Source: Actinomycetota bacterium (lineage in GTDB: Bacteria > Actinomycetota > Acidimicrobiia > Acidimicrobiales > Ilumatobacteraceae). From it: DNA of 64,000 nucleotides. The stretch spans positions 10,327 through 74,326 of the forward strand of contig VGAB01000001.1 in NCBI GenBank assembly GCA_016870935.1. The letters run 5' to 3'. Shown here piece by piece: positions 1-9,589 of the stretch (its first letter is position 1; the number at the start of each line of letters is the position of its first letter). The position numbers were made by a program, and so were the translations under genes. The notes below the pieces were generated by a model that was given only the letters and a program-made list of their open reading frames with translations, did no database searches and had not been told where the DNA came from.

Positions 1-693
1 GGCCCTCAAGTCTTCGTCGCGAAGACACTTGGCGATCTGATAGTAGCGATCGAGGCCGGCCACCATCAGCAACTGTTTCCAGAGTTGGGGCGACTGGGGC
101 AATGCGTAGAACGAACCCGGTTCGTTGCGCGACGGAACGAGAAACTCTCGTGCGCCCTCGGGGGTGCTGGGCATCAACAACGGCGTCTCTATCTCGGTGA
201 AGCCTTGCGACTCCATCGATTTTCTGATCGCCGAATTGACCGCCGCACGCAGGCGGAGATTCTTTTGCATTCGCTCCCGACGAATATCGAGATATCTGTA
301 TTTGAGGCGCACATTCTCGTCGACATCGTCGCCCCGTTGGTCGATCGGGAACGGTGGCGGCTCGGCATTGTTCAAAACTTGAATCTCGCAATCAGTCAAC
401 TCGACCTTGCCCGTCGGGAGATTCTCGTTTACCGTGCCGGCGGGGCGAAGGTTGACCTTGCCCTTGATCTGAACCACCCACTCGCTTCGCACATCGACCT
501 TGTTGTCGACGACGCACTGCACCACCCCGCTGAAGTCGCGGAGGTCGAGAAACGCGAGATGTTCGCCGTGTTCGCGCCGCCGCCCGACCCAACCACAAAG
601 CGTCACGATGCCGCCGACATTTTCGGCGCGAAGATCACCGCACAAATGCGACCTCAAGGCGGTGGCTTTCGAAGATTCGGTTTTTTTGCTCAT
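1..693 (-). CDS. aspS: Aspartyl-tRNA synthetase, N-terminal 231 codons (gene runs off the left edge)
   Basis: Not in the ORF track because it is open at the edge. Manual reverse translation from ATG 691-693 gives MSKKTESSKATALRSHLCGDLRAENVGGIVTLCGWV...FLVPSRNEPGSFYALPQSPQLWKQLLMVAGLDRYYQIAKCLRDEDLRA, i.e. an OB-fold N-terminus plus class II AspRS motifs. The ATG overlaps the hisS stop (ATGA). Confidence 0.85.
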   Translation of the reverse strand, partial: MSKKTESSKATALRSHLCGDLRAENVGGIVTLCGWVGRRREHGEHLAFLDLRDFSGVVQCVVDNKVDVRSEWVVQIKGKVNLRPAGTVNENLPTGKVELTDCEIQVLNNAEPPPFPIDQRGDDVDENVRLKYRYLDIRRERMQKNLRLRAAVNSAIRKSMESQGFTEIETPLLMPSTPEGAREFLVPSRNEPGSFYALPQSPQLWKQLLMVAGLDRYYQIAKCLRDEDLRA

Positions 694-1943
694 TTTTTCA
701 ACGCCTTCATCACCTCGCCGACGAGATCGCCGCGCGCGATCGAATGTTGCTCGCCCGAATTCATCGGACGCAACATTATTGTCGAATTCTGCACCTCGTC
801 CTCGCCGATTATCAGCGCCACCGCCGCGCCACTGCGATCAGCCGCCTTCATCTGGGCCTTCATGCTGCGCAGGTCGTATGCACGGTCGGCCGTCACGCCG
901 TTCTCGCGCAACAAATTGCAGATCGTTTGGGCGTGCGAACCGTCGACGGTGTCGACGACAAAAACCTCTACGGCTTGTTTTGGCGCGACGAACGACCCCT
1001 CTGCATCGCAAGCCAACAGGGTGCGATCTAAGCCGAGGGCGAAACCGATGCCCGGTGTCGCGGGGCCACCCAGGGCCTCGACCAACCCGTCGTATCGCCC
1101 GCCACCACCGATCGCCGTATGCGCCGACGCCAGCGCGGTCGAAACGAATTCGAATGTCGTGCGGCGGTAATAGTCGAGACCACGAACCAGGCGATTGTTG
1201 ATCTCATATGACACGTTCATGGCTTCGAGCGCCGCGAGCACGCTCTCGAAATGCGCGCCGGCTTCTTTGCCGATCGTGTCGCGTATCGCCGGGGCGTTGG
1301 CGATCACCTCCTGATCTGGTTCGCGTTTCGAATCGAGGACACGCAACGGATTGCGCGCCAAAGTCGCCTTGCTCTCGCTGGTCAATGACGACTCATGGCG
1401 CGAGAAATATTCGAGCAGCTTTTGCGCATATTTTTCGCGATCTCCCCCGTCGCCGAGGGTGTTGATCGCGAGTTTTACCCGCTTTAGCCCGAGATTCGAA
1501 TAAAATTTCGCCGCCAAACCGATCACTTCGGCGTCAAGAAACGGGTCGTTGGTGCCGAGCGCCTCGATGCCCACCTGGTCGAACTGTCTGTAGCGCCCCT
1601 GTTGAGGTTTTTCGTAGCGAAAGTTTGGCCCCGCGTACCACACCTTCCACGGCGTGGTTGGTCGATGCTCGACGAAAGCCCGGCAGACGCTCGCGGTTTG
1701 TTCGGGTCGCAGCGCCACATGTCGGCCGCCTTTGTCGTGAAAGTCGTACATTTCCTTGGTGACCACCTCGGTGGCCTCGCCCAGTCGCAAGAAGACATCC
1801 AAATCTTCGAACATCGGCGGAATGATCAGCGTGTAACCGGCTGCCTCGACTGTTTTGGCGAAGACTTCTTGAAATGCGCGCCAACGACCCGAGTCCGGGG
1901 CCAAAATATCGCGCGTCCCCGGAGAAGTCTTGAATTCAGGCAC
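690..1943 (-). CDS. hisS: Histidyl-tRNA synthetase
   Basis: 417-aa ORF. MPEFKTSPGTRDILAP..., RYEKPQQGRYRQF and GGGGRYDGL are class IIa HisRS signatures. Confidence 0.95.
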   Translation of the reverse strand: MPEFKTSPGTRDILAPDSGRWRAFQEVFAKTVEAAGYTLIIPPMFEDLDVFLRLGEATEVVTKEMYDFHDKGGRHVALRPEQTASVCRAFVEHRPTTPWKVWYAGPNFRYEKPQQGRYRQFDQVGIEALGTNDPFLDAEVIGLAAKFYSNLGLKRVKLAINTLGDGGDREKYAQKLLEYFSRHESSLTSESKATLARNPLRVLDSKREPDQEVIANAPAIRDTIGKEAGAHFESVLAALEAMNVSYEINNRLVRGLDYYRRTTFEFVSTALASAHTAIGGGGRYDGLVEALGGPATPGIGFALGLDRTLLACDAEGSFVAPKQAVEVFVVDTVDGSHAQTICNLLRENGVTADRAYDLRSMKAQMKAADRSGAAVALIIGEDEVQNSTIMLRPMNSGEQHSIARGDLVGEVMKALKK

Positions 1944-1952
1944 GCGTCAAGG

Positions 1953-4220
1953 CTAATTGTTCAGCCGAACCGCCGAGGGATGTTCGCCCTGCTCGGTCTC
2001 GAGTTCTCCCATCGCGCTGCCCGGCAGATATCGGGTCGCGTCGTAGACGCCGTCGATGCGTTTGATCACCCGCAACACGGATTGAAGGTGACCAGGGTCG
2101 GCGAACTCGAACTCGAAACGCATTCTGGCGACCCTGTCGGCACCCGTGTGGGTGGTGCAGGCGACGATGTTGACATGTTCGTCCGAGAGCGCGTTCGCCA
2201 CATCGCGCAACAGACGCGAGCGGTCCAGTGCCTTGACCTCGACGGCGGCGATGAACATCGTCTCGCCGCTATCTGTCGACCATTCGACCTCGACCACACG
2301 GGTCGCGTCTTGTGTCGCCAGGGCGACGGCGTTGGCGCAGTCGGCACGATGCACCGTGACGCCACGACCTTTGGTGACAAAACCCATAACTTCGTCCGGG
2401 GGAACAGGCGTGCAGCAGCGCGAGAGCCGCACCAGCACATCGGGCATGCCCTCGACATGCACCCCGTTTCGTTGCGACGTCGCGCCGCCCGATGCACCGA
2501 ACGCCGACATCGAAAGTTGGTCGGGTTGCTCGCCATCTCGCATTCGCCTCGACATTCGCTCGACCAGCGCCACGGCGTCGATGCGCTGGTCGCCGATAGC
2601 CACGAACAATTCGTTGAGATCTTTGAACTCGAGGGCTTCGACTTCGTCCAGCAAAATCTGCGAGGTCAATATCTTTTGCGACGGCAAGCCGACTTGTCGC
2701 AGTCTTTCGACGAGTTCGTCTCTGCCAGTTTCGACGAGATCTTCGAGCTTCTCTTTGGAGATCCAATGCTTGATCTTGCTCTTGGCTTTCGGAGACACGA
2801 CGAAGTTGAGCCAGTCTTGCGAAGGTTCGCTCGTCTCGCCCTTCGAGACGAGAACCTCGCAGGTGTCGCCCGAGGCGAGTTTGTGGTCGAGCGGCACCAG
2901 ACGACCGTTGACCCGCGCTCCCATGCAGCCATGACCTACCTCGGTGTGCACGGCGTACGCGAAGTCGACAGGGGTCGAAAGCGCGGGCAGCGTGATCACG
3001 CGACCTTTCGGGGTGAAGACGAAAAGTTCGTCTTGCTCCAGGTCGGTTTTAAGAATTTCCAAAAATTGACTCGGGTCTGAGACCTCGCCCTGCCAATCGA
3101 TGATGCGATTCAACCAGTCGATATCGCCCTGCGAGATGCTGTCCTTGTACGCCCAGTGTGATGCGACCCCCCATTCGGCGCGACGATGCATTTCACGAGT
3201 TCGTATCTGCACCTCGATCGGCTTGCCACCCGGGCCGACCACCGTGGTGTGCAGCGACTGATAAAGATTGAACTTCGGCATCGCAATGTAATCTTTGAAG
3301 CGTCCGACGATCGGTTTCCAGTGCCCGTGGATCGCGCCAAGGACCGTGTAACAATCTTTTTCCGACTCGACCACGATCCGAATCGCCAGCAGGTCGTAAA
3401 TATCGTCGAACTCGCGACCCTTTTGCACCATCTTCTCGTAGATGCTCCAGAGATGTTTGCCGCGGGCCGTCATCTCTGCTTTTATCTTTATCTCCTCCAA
3501 CCATTGCGCGACTTGGCCGATGGTCTTTGCCAAATAAACATTTCGCTCGGGCGCCCGGGTTGCGACCAGGTGGTCAAGTTCGGCGTATCGCTTCGGGTAG
3601 AGCGCGGCGAACGCCAGATCTTCGAGTTGTTGTTTGATCTCTTGCATGCCGAGTCGATGCGCCAGGGGCGCGTAAATGTCGAGCGTCTCTTGGGCGATTC
3701 GTTGCTGCTTTTCATGCGGCACCGCGGCGATCGTGCGCATGTTGTGCAGACGATCGGCCAATTTGATCATCAACACGCGAAGATCGCGCGCCATCGCCAC
3801 CAACATTTTGCGCATTGTCGCCGCCTGCTGGGCCTCCTTCGAGTCGAACTGCAGACGCTCCAACTTCGTGACACCGTCGACGATCGAAGAAACCTCGCCG
3901 CCAAAACTGCTCTCGACATCGGCCAGAGTGATCTCGGTGTCCTCTACCGCGTCATGCAACAACGCGGCGACGATCGAAACCTCATCGAGGCCGATATCGG
4001 CGACGATGCGCGCCACGGCGATCGGATGATTGATGTAGAGTTCGCCGCTCGAGCGGTTCTGGTTGGCGTGGGCGGCTCGGGCCATTTCGTAGGCCGAGTT
4101 GATCATCGAAACCGAACCCTTGGGGTGGCGAGTTTTGTAGGCGCTCAGAAGCGGCGAAAGTTCTTCGGCAATCGTCGTGTTATGGCGCCGCCACGGCAGC
4201 ACCCTGATTGAGGTGGCCAT
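1953..4220 (-). CDS. rel: Bifunctional (p)ppGpp synthetase/hydrolase (RelA/SpoT homologue)
   Basis: 755 aa. HD hydrolase motif (LLHDAVEDT), synthetase core (DLLAIRIVV, YQSLHTTV), and TGS and ACT-like C-terminal regions. Confidence 0.95.
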   Translation of the reverse strand: MATSIRVLPWRRHNTTIAEELSPLLSAYKTRHPKGSVSMINSAYEMARAAHANQNRSSGELYINHPIAVARIVADIGLDEVSIVAALLHDAVEDTEITLADVESSFGGEVSSIVDGVTKLERLQFDSKEAQQAATMRKMLVAMARDLRVLMIKLADRLHNMRTIAAVPHEKQQRIAQETLDIYAPLAHRLGMQEIKQQLEDLAFAALYPKRYAELDHLVATRAPERNVYLAKTIGQVAQWLEEIKIKAEMTARGKHLWSIYEKMVQKGREFDDIYDLLAIRIVVESEKDCYTVLGAIHGHWKPIVGRFKDYIAMPKFNLYQSLHTTVVGPGGKPIEVQIRTREMHRRAEWGVASHWAYKDSISQGDIDWLNRIIDWQGEVSDPSQFLEILKTDLEQDELFVFTPKGRVITLPALSTPVDFAYAVHTEVGHGCMGARVNGRLVPLDHKLASGDTCEVLVSKGETSEPSQDWLNFVVSPKAKSKIKHWISKEKLEDLVETGRDELVERLRQVGLPSQKILTSQILLDEVEALEFKDLNELFVAIGDQRIDAVALVERMSRRMRDGEQPDQLSMSAFGASGGATSQRNGVHVEGMPDVLVRLSRCCTPVPPDEVMGFVTKGRGVTVHRADCANAVALATQDATRVVEVEWSTDSGETMFIAAVEVKALDRSRLLRDVANALSDEHVNIVACTTHTGADRVARMRFEFEFADPGHLQSVLRVIKRIDGVYDATRYLPGSAMGELETEQGEHPSAVRLNN

Positions 4221-4235
4221 TACTTAAGCGTAGTG

Positions 4236-5372
4236 CTAGCGGCGTTTTTTTCGGGGTCGCGGAGGGTGCGTGAGCGTCGCGGTGGCGCGCTTGGCGAGCG
4301 AGTCGCCCGCCGAGTCGGCTATCTCGGTGCTATCTACAACCGAAGTCACAGCATCTTGCGGGCGTTTGGGTGGCGAATCGACGCCCATCAGCGCCGCCAT
4401 TTTTGGCCCGGTGGCGACTTGATCTTTGAACGGCCTATATTTCGGCTCGTTTTGTTTGAGCAAATCCAGCAACGGCACGGCGACGAAGATCGACGAGTAC
4501 GTGCCGGCAAGCATGCCGACCAACAGCGCCACCGCGAACTCCTCGAGGTTCTTCGCACCGAGGGCGAAAGAGCCGACGAACAACAACGCAACTACCGGCA
4601 ACGCCGAAGACAAGGTCGTGTTCAGCGATCGCGCGAGCACCTCGTTGGTCGAGACATTGGCGACATTTGCGAAAGACTGCCGCGAGGTCGAAAACTTCTC
4701 GGCGTTTTCTTGCACCCTGTCGAACACGACGACCGTGTCGTAGAGCGAATAGCCCAAAATCGTCAAGAATGCGACGACCGTCGCCGGGGTCACCTCAAAA
4801 CCAAAGATCGAATAGATTCCCACGCTCAGCAACACGTCGTGAAACATCGCGACGATCGCCGTTATCGCCATCTTCCATTCGAGGCGCCACGAGATATAGA
4901 TCGACACGATCACGAAAAATACGAGCAAAGCGCGAATCGCCTTCTCGGTGATGCTTCGTCCCCATGACGAACTCACCGAGGCGACGCTGACTTCTTGTAG
5001 TTCGGTTTTGGCCAGTTCGGCGAAAGATTTTTGCACCGCCAGACGAACATCTTCCGGCTGATCGCCGACCTGCACGCGCATCACCTGCGTGCCCGCGCCC
5101 GTCAAAAACTGAATCTTGGCATTTGCCGACTCGACGCCATTTTTCTGAAGCACTCCACGCGCGTCCGCATCGGTAAGCGAGCCCGCCGGCACCTCCCAGG
5201 CGACCCCGCCGCGAAAATCAATGCCGAGTTCGAGGCCTTGTACCAACAACGAAATCGCGCCCGACAAAACGATCACCAACGAGACGGTGAAACCGACGAC
5301 CCGTTTGCCGATGAAATTGATGGTCGTCTGACCGCGATAAAGCCGGCCGAAACCGTCGAATGGGCCAGCCAT
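4236..5372 (-). CDS. secF: Protein translocase subunit SecF
   Basis: The start is placed at the internal Met (MAGPFDGFGRLYRGQTTINFIGKR), whose ATG overlaps the secD stop (ATGA at 5370-5374). Multi-TM SecF pattern. The first 78 codons of the 456-aa track ORF overlap secD and look non-coding. Confidence 0.9.
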   Translation of the reverse strand: MAGPFDGFGRLYRGQTTINFIGKRVVGFTVSLVIVLSGAISLLVQGLELGIDFRGGVAWEVPAGSLTDADARGVLQKNGVESANAKIQFLTGAGTQVMRVQVGDQPEDVRLAVQKSFAELAKTELQEVSVASVSSSWGRSITEKAIRALLVFFVIVSIYISWRLEWKMAITAIVAMFHDVLLSVGIYSIFGFEVTPATVVAFLTILGYSLYDTVVVFDRVQENAEKFSTSRQSFANVANVSTNEVLARSLNTTLSSALPVVALLFVGSFALGAKNLEEFAVALLVGMLAGTYSSIFVAVPLLDLLKQNEPKYRPFKDQVATGPKMAALMGVDSPPKRPQDAVTSVVDSTEIADSAGDSLAKRATATLTHPPRPRKKRR

Positions 5373-6979
5373 CACATCACCTCGGGTTTGACGGTCTGAA
5401 TGCCCAGGACTTTGCGACCCTGAGCGCGCTTCGAGCGCGCAAACAAAAGCACGGCGTTGCGGGTGAAGAAATATGTGATCAAGATGTCGGTCAGAGCCGA
5501 GATACCCAGGAAGAAGGCGAAACCCCGCACCGAGCCGACCGTGAGATACCAAAGGGTGATGGCCGCCAAAAACGAAACCGTGTCGGCGGCGACGATCGTG
5601 CGCCATGCCGATTCAAAACTGCGCAACGCCGAGTTTTTCAAGGTCTTTCCACTGCGTATCTCGTCTTTGATTCGTTCGAAAAACACGATGTATGAGTCGA
5701 CCGCGATACCGATTGAAACGATGATGCCGGCGATGCCCGACAGCGACAGGGCAAGACCGTTGGTGCGCGACAAGAGCGAGATCACGCTCCACAAAAAGCC
5801 GATCGAAACCGTCATTCCGGCGATCACGAACAATGCCATCGTTCTGTAATAGGCCAAGAGCAGCAGCACCACCAGGAGGATGCCGATGACTCCCGAGATG
5901 ATCGCCGCGCGCAACGAGTCTGAGCCCAGGGTCGCCGAAACAGTCTGGGCCTGTGAAACCTCGAACCGAACCGGAACCGCACCGAACTCGAGGATCTTGG
6001 CCAACTCGCGCGCCTCATCGGCGGTGAACGAGCCGCTGATCTGCACGGTGCCACCCGTGAACTCGGGTTCGTTGACCGTCGGCGCAGAGATCACGGTGCC
6101 GTCCAACACCATCGCCAATTGCCCGGTCGGGCATTGCGGGGTTTTGTTGAAACAAGCGGCGGCGAGTCGATTCCAGAGTTGGTCGCCGTCGACGCCGCTG
6201 CGAAGCCCGACGACGACGGCCCACTGACCAGTCTGCACATCGGGTTGCGCATCGTTCTTGAAAACTTTGCCTGAAGCTCCGGCGGGCCCGACCACATAGG
6301 CGATGCCCGACTTGTCGAACAGCAACACGGTTTGAGTCGGGTCGTTGGGGTCGTCACCGAGCCCCAAATCAGCCAGCGGATTCTCGGTAGTAACGACAAC
6401 CGGCTCGGTGCTCGAAGTCTCGGGAACGGTCGTCTCGGGAACGGTCGTCTCGGGGACGGTCGTCGCGGTGATCGTCGTGGCGGTTGAAACGACTCGTGAC
6501 GCTCCAGGACCGCCCGAAATTATGCCTGCGCCGTCTTCAACAGAGTCGCCCGTCGCCGGCAGGCTGGTGCTCGGGCTCGAACTGGTTGTCGTGCCCGGCA
6601 ACGTGGTCGTCGTCGCATCTGGGTTGTAGATGCCCGATTGCAAAACCGGTCGCAGCAACAACTCTCCCGTACGGCCGATGATGTTCAACGCCTCCTGTTG
6701 GTCATTGACGCCCGGCAAGTTCACGACGACCGTGTCGCCCTGAAGAATGATTTCTGGTTCAGCGACGCCGATCGAGTCGACGCGGGCACGAATGATCTCG
6801 ACGGCGACATCCAGACCGGTTGCGTCAAACTCACCCGCGGGTTGCAGCGTTACCGAGGCGCCGCCTTGAAGATCGAGGCCGAGAGCGGGCGTGTTGCCGG
6901 CTGCAAGATTCGCCACCAAACTCGCCCCGACCACGAATACGAGCAACACCAAGGTGACGACCTGGCGGCGCTTATTCAT
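5372..6979 (-). CDS. secD: Protein translocase subunit SecD with a Thr/Ser/Pro-rich periplasmic insertion
   Basis: 535 aa. N-terminal TM, LGLDLQGGASVTLQ motif and a C-terminal 5-TM block typical of SecD. Confidence 0.9.
   Translation of the reverse strand: MNKRRQVVTLVLLVFVVGASLVANLAAGNTPALGLDLQGGASVTLQPAGEFDATGLDVAVEIIRARVDSIGVAEPEIILQGDTVVVNLPGVNDQQEALNIIGRTGELLLRPVLQSGIYNPDATTTTLPGTTTSSSPSTSLPATGDSVEDGAGIISGGPGASRVVSTATTITATTVPETTVPETTVPETSSTEPVVVTTENPLADLGLGDDPNDPTQTVLLFDKSGIAYVVGPAGASGKVFKNDAQPDVQTGQWAVVVGLRSGVDGDQLWNRLAAACFNKTPQCPTGQLAMVLDGTVISAPTVNEPEFTGGTVQISGSFTADEARELAKILEFGAVPVRFEVSQAQTVSATLGSDSLRAAIISGVIGILLVVLLLLAYYRTMALFVIAGMTVSIGFLWSVISLLSRTNGLALSLSGIAGIIVSIGIAVDSYIVFFERIKDEIRSGKTLKNSALRSFESAWRTIVAADTVSFLAAITLWYLTVGSVRGFAFFLGISALTDILITYFFTRNAVLLFARSKRAQGRKVLGIQTVKPEVM
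6418..6477. repeat. 15-bp tandem repeat (3 near-perfect copies plus 1 degenerate) inside secD
   Basis: tctcgggaacggtcg occurs at 6418, 6433 and 6448 (the third with one change), with a degenerate copy at 6463. It encodes TTVPE-TTVPE-TTVPE. Confidence 0.8.
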
Positions 6980-7009
6980 CGGCGACTGTCGTTTTCTTTG
7001 GCCGAATGA

Positions 7010-7372
7010 TTATTCTTCGGTCTTTTGGGCCGGCGTCGAAACCTTGCGCGAAATCGAACCCTTGGCCACACGAATCTCGACCTTCTCGGCGATTTCAATC
7101 CACAGATATTCGTCTTCGATCGCCGAGATAAAGCCGTAGACACCAGAGTTCAAAACGACCTCGTCACCCTCGACGACGCTCGTCTGCAGCTTTGCATTTT
7201 CTTTCTGGCGCTTGCGCTGCGGACGAAGCAGCAAAAAATACATCGCCACGAAAATCAGCACCAACGGCAAAAGACCGACGATCGGGTTTCCGGTGTTTTC
7301 GGCCGGGGTTGCCGCCAAAACACCCCGGAATGGTGAATAAATCGCAAAAATCGCTGAATACATAGATGTCAA
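7010..7372 (-). CDS. yajC: Preprotein translocase subunit YajC
   Basis: 120 aa. A single TM followed by LLLRPQRKRQKE and GDEVVLNSGVYGFI, the YajC pattern. Located immediately upstream of secD. Confidence 0.8.
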   Translation of the reverse strand: MTSMYSAIFAIYSPFRGVLAATPAENTGNPIVGLLPLVLIFVAMYFLLLRPQRKRQKENAKLQTSVVEGDEVVLNSGVYGFISAIEDEYLWIEIAEKVEIRVAKGSISRKVSTPAQKTEE

Positions 7373-7381
7373 GTCTAGGGG

Positions 7382-8500
7382 TTATTGCTTCTGCTCGGCA
7401 GGCTCGACCCAAGTATCGAGCACCGATTTGCGCAGCCTGTCGAATTCGCCGCCGATAATCGCATCGCGCATTTGGCGCATCAAGTCGAGGGTGAAGGCGA
7501 CGTTGTGCAACGACACGAGTCGGGCCGCCGTCGGCTCGTTGACCTGAAACAAATGCCGAATGTAACCCCGCGTATGGCGCCGACAAACGGGACAACCGCA
7601 CTTTTCGTCGATCGGGTCTTGGCTGGTGGTGAATTCGCTGCGGGTGATGTTGAGTTTGCCGGCACTGGTCAGCGCCGTGCCATGTCGGCCGAGGCGGGTC
7701 TGCATCACACAGTCGAATTGATCGACGCCGAGATTCACCGCTTCGACCAGCGAAGCGGGGTCGCCCACCCCCATCAAATAACGCGGACGATCTTTCGGCA
7801 GATGTTCGATCGCCGCCGAAATGGCGTGCATCATTTCTTCGCGCGTCTCGCCGACCGAGAGACCACCGATGCCGTAACCGTCGAAGTTCAAATCGGCGGT
7901 AATTTTTGCGCTTTCCGCGCGCAGATCGGCGTCGATACCGCCTTGCACGATGCCGAACAAACTTTGGTCGGTTCGTGTATGCGTCGCCCTCGCCCGCCGC
8001 GCCCAATCTGATGTTCGCTTCAACGCCAGGCGAATCACCGCGTCCGAAGACGGCAACTCGGCGCAAACATCGAGCACCATTTGAATGTCGGCGCCCAATT
8101 GTTGTTGAACCAGCACCGCGCTTTCGGGCGTCAGCCGATGCATCGATCCGTCATAGGTCGAGCGAAACGAGACGCCGTCGTCGTCGACATCGGGATTCAA
8201 CGAGAAAACTTGGAAGCCGCCCGAATCCGTGAGCGTCAATCCCTGCCAGCCGGCGAACGCGCCGAGGCCTCCCAAGTCTTCGACGACTTTCGCGCCAGGT
8301 CGGAGCATCAAGTGATATGTGTTGCCGAGTACGATGCGCGCACCCAATTGTTCGTAGTCTTGGGCGCTCAAATGACGAATCGCGCCGCGCGTGCCGACGG
8401 GCATGAAACAGGGCGTTTCGTAGTCGCCCCGGTGCGTCGTTGCCACGCCCGCACGGGCCGAGTCTTGCGCCGCGACCTGACGAAACTTCACCCCGAACAT
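7382..8500 (-). CDS. tgt: Queuine tRNA-ribosyltransferase
   Basis: 372 aa. TPCFMPVGT, LTDSGGFQV and the zinc site CGCPVCRRHTRGYIRHL. Confidence 0.92.
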   Translation of the reverse strand: MFGVKFRQVAAQDSARAGVATTHRGDYETPCFMPVGTRGAIRHLSAQDYEQLGARIVLGNTYHLMLRPGAKVVEDLGGLGAFAGWQGLTLTDSGGFQVFSLNPDVDDDGVSFRSTYDGSMHRLTPESAVLVQQQLGADIQMVLDVCAELPSSDAVIRLALKRTSDWARRARATHTRTDQSLFGIVQGGIDADLRAESAKITADLNFDGYGIGGLSVGETREEMMHAISAAIEHLPKDRPRYLMGVGDPASLVEAVNLGVDQFDCVMQTRLGRHGTALTSAGKLNITRSEFTTSQDPIDEKCGCPVCRRHTRGYIRHLFQVNEPTAARLVSLHNVAFTLDLMRQMRDAIIGGEFDRLRKSVLDTWVEPAEQKQ

Positions 8501-8557
8501 CGGTCACCACGGTAGCCAAGAGTTTTCATCGACAGATCGATCTGCATCGAACGCTAG

Positions 8558-9577
8558 TCACAGACTTCGGTCAAGCAGCATCGCGTCGCCGAACGAGAGC
8601 ATTCGATAGCGCTCGGCGATCGCCGCCGCATAGAGATCGCGCCATCGATCGCCGACGAACGCGTCGATCATCATCAACAAGGTGGTGCGGGGCATGTGAA
8701 AATTCGTCATCAGCACGTCTACGAGTTTGAACTCGTAACCCCTGGAGATGAAAAGTTTTGTCCGACCATTTAGTTCACCCGAGGTCGCGGCCGACTCGAG
8801 TGCGCGGGTGGCGGTGGTGCCGACGGCGATTACCCGTTCGGCTTTTTCGCAAAGCGAAAGCGTCTCTTCGCTCACCTCGTAGCGTTCGCTGTGCATCGGG
8901 TGTCGAAGCGGGTCGGCCTCGGTCACCGGGGCGAACGTGTCGAGGCCGACCCTCAGATCGACCCTCAAGACTTTGACACCGTTTGACTCGAGGGCGGTCA
9001 ACAATTGGGGCGTGAAATGCAGACCTGCGGTTGGCGCCGCCGCCGATGCCTCACGATTGGCGTAAACCGTCTGATATCGATCGGGTCGGTCTAACGAACT
9101 GGTGATGTAGGGCGGCAAAGGAATCTCGCCGTATTTGACCAGCAACTTGCGCACGACCGCGTCGTCGTCGGCCACGAACTCGACTTCGAACGTGTCTCCC
9201 GCGGCGGTTCTTTTTCCGACACGAACCAACTGCGTGCCGTCTGGCGCCGCCAACAACTCGCCTGGTTTGAGCCGCTTGCCTGGACGAACCAGGGCTTCCC
9301 ACGCCACGGCCGAACCCTCGACCCGCTCGAGCAACAAAACTTCTGCCGCACCGCCCGTTTTCCTAAACAAGCGCAAGCGGGCGGGAATGACTTTCGTGTC
9401 GTTGACCACGATCACATCGCCGGCACGACAAAACTCGACCAGATCTTTCACCTGCCGATGCAACGGAGTGTTCTCGTCGCCCTGATCGACCATCAGTCGC
9501 GCCGAGTCGCGAGGTTCGACGGGCGTTTGGGCGATCAGCTCGGGCGGCAACCCGTAGTCGAAATCTTCGATGCGCAC
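8558..9577 (-). CDS. queA: S-adenosylmethionine:tRNA ribosyltransferase-isomerase
   Basis: 339 aa. FDYGLPPELIAQTP, PLPPYI, AAPTAGLHFT and NFHMPRTTLLMM. Confidence 0.92.
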   Translation of the reverse strand: MRIEDFDYGLPPELIAQTPVEPRDSARLMVDQGDENTPLHRQVKDLVEFCRAGDVIVVNDTKVIPARLRLFRKTGGAAEVLLLERVEGSAVAWEALVRPGKRLKPGELLAAPDGTQLVRVGKRTAAGDTFEVEFVADDDAVVRKLLVKYGEIPLPPYITSSLDRPDRYQTVYANREASAAAPTAGLHFTPQLLTALESNGVKVLRVDLRVGLDTFAPVTEADPLRHPMHSERYEVSEETLSLCEKAERVIAVGTTATRALESAATSGELNGRTKLFISRGYEFKLVDVLMTNFHMPRTTLLMMIDAFVGDRWRDLYAAAIAERYRMLSFGDAMLLDRSL

Positions 9578-9589
9578 GAAGTGCCGAGT

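Noticed and set aside
85-3080. Long plus-strand ORFs 85..1170 (361 aa) and 1602..3080 (492 aa)
   Set aside because: Antisense to aspS/hisS and to hisS/rel respectively. Arg-rich nonsense translations.
4236-5606. Long N-terminal extensions of track ORFs for secF (to 5606), ruvA (to 11402), rluD (to 38068), the 20064 gene (to 20819), HNH (to 60803) and the 60464 gene (to 61084)
   Set aside because: In each case the extension overlaps the upstream gene in another frame and is Arg/Gly-rich. An internal Met whose ATG forms an ATGA overlap with the upstream stop gives a protein starting at the family-typical N-terminus.
8533-8544. Perfect 12-bp palindromes cagatcgatctg (queA-tgt spacer) and cgcaatattgcg (63219-63230, after the dinB stop)
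   Set aside because: A perfect 12-bp palindrome has 6 constrained positions. About 64000/4^6, or roughly 16, are expected by chance in this window. Neither matches a binding-site family I recognise.
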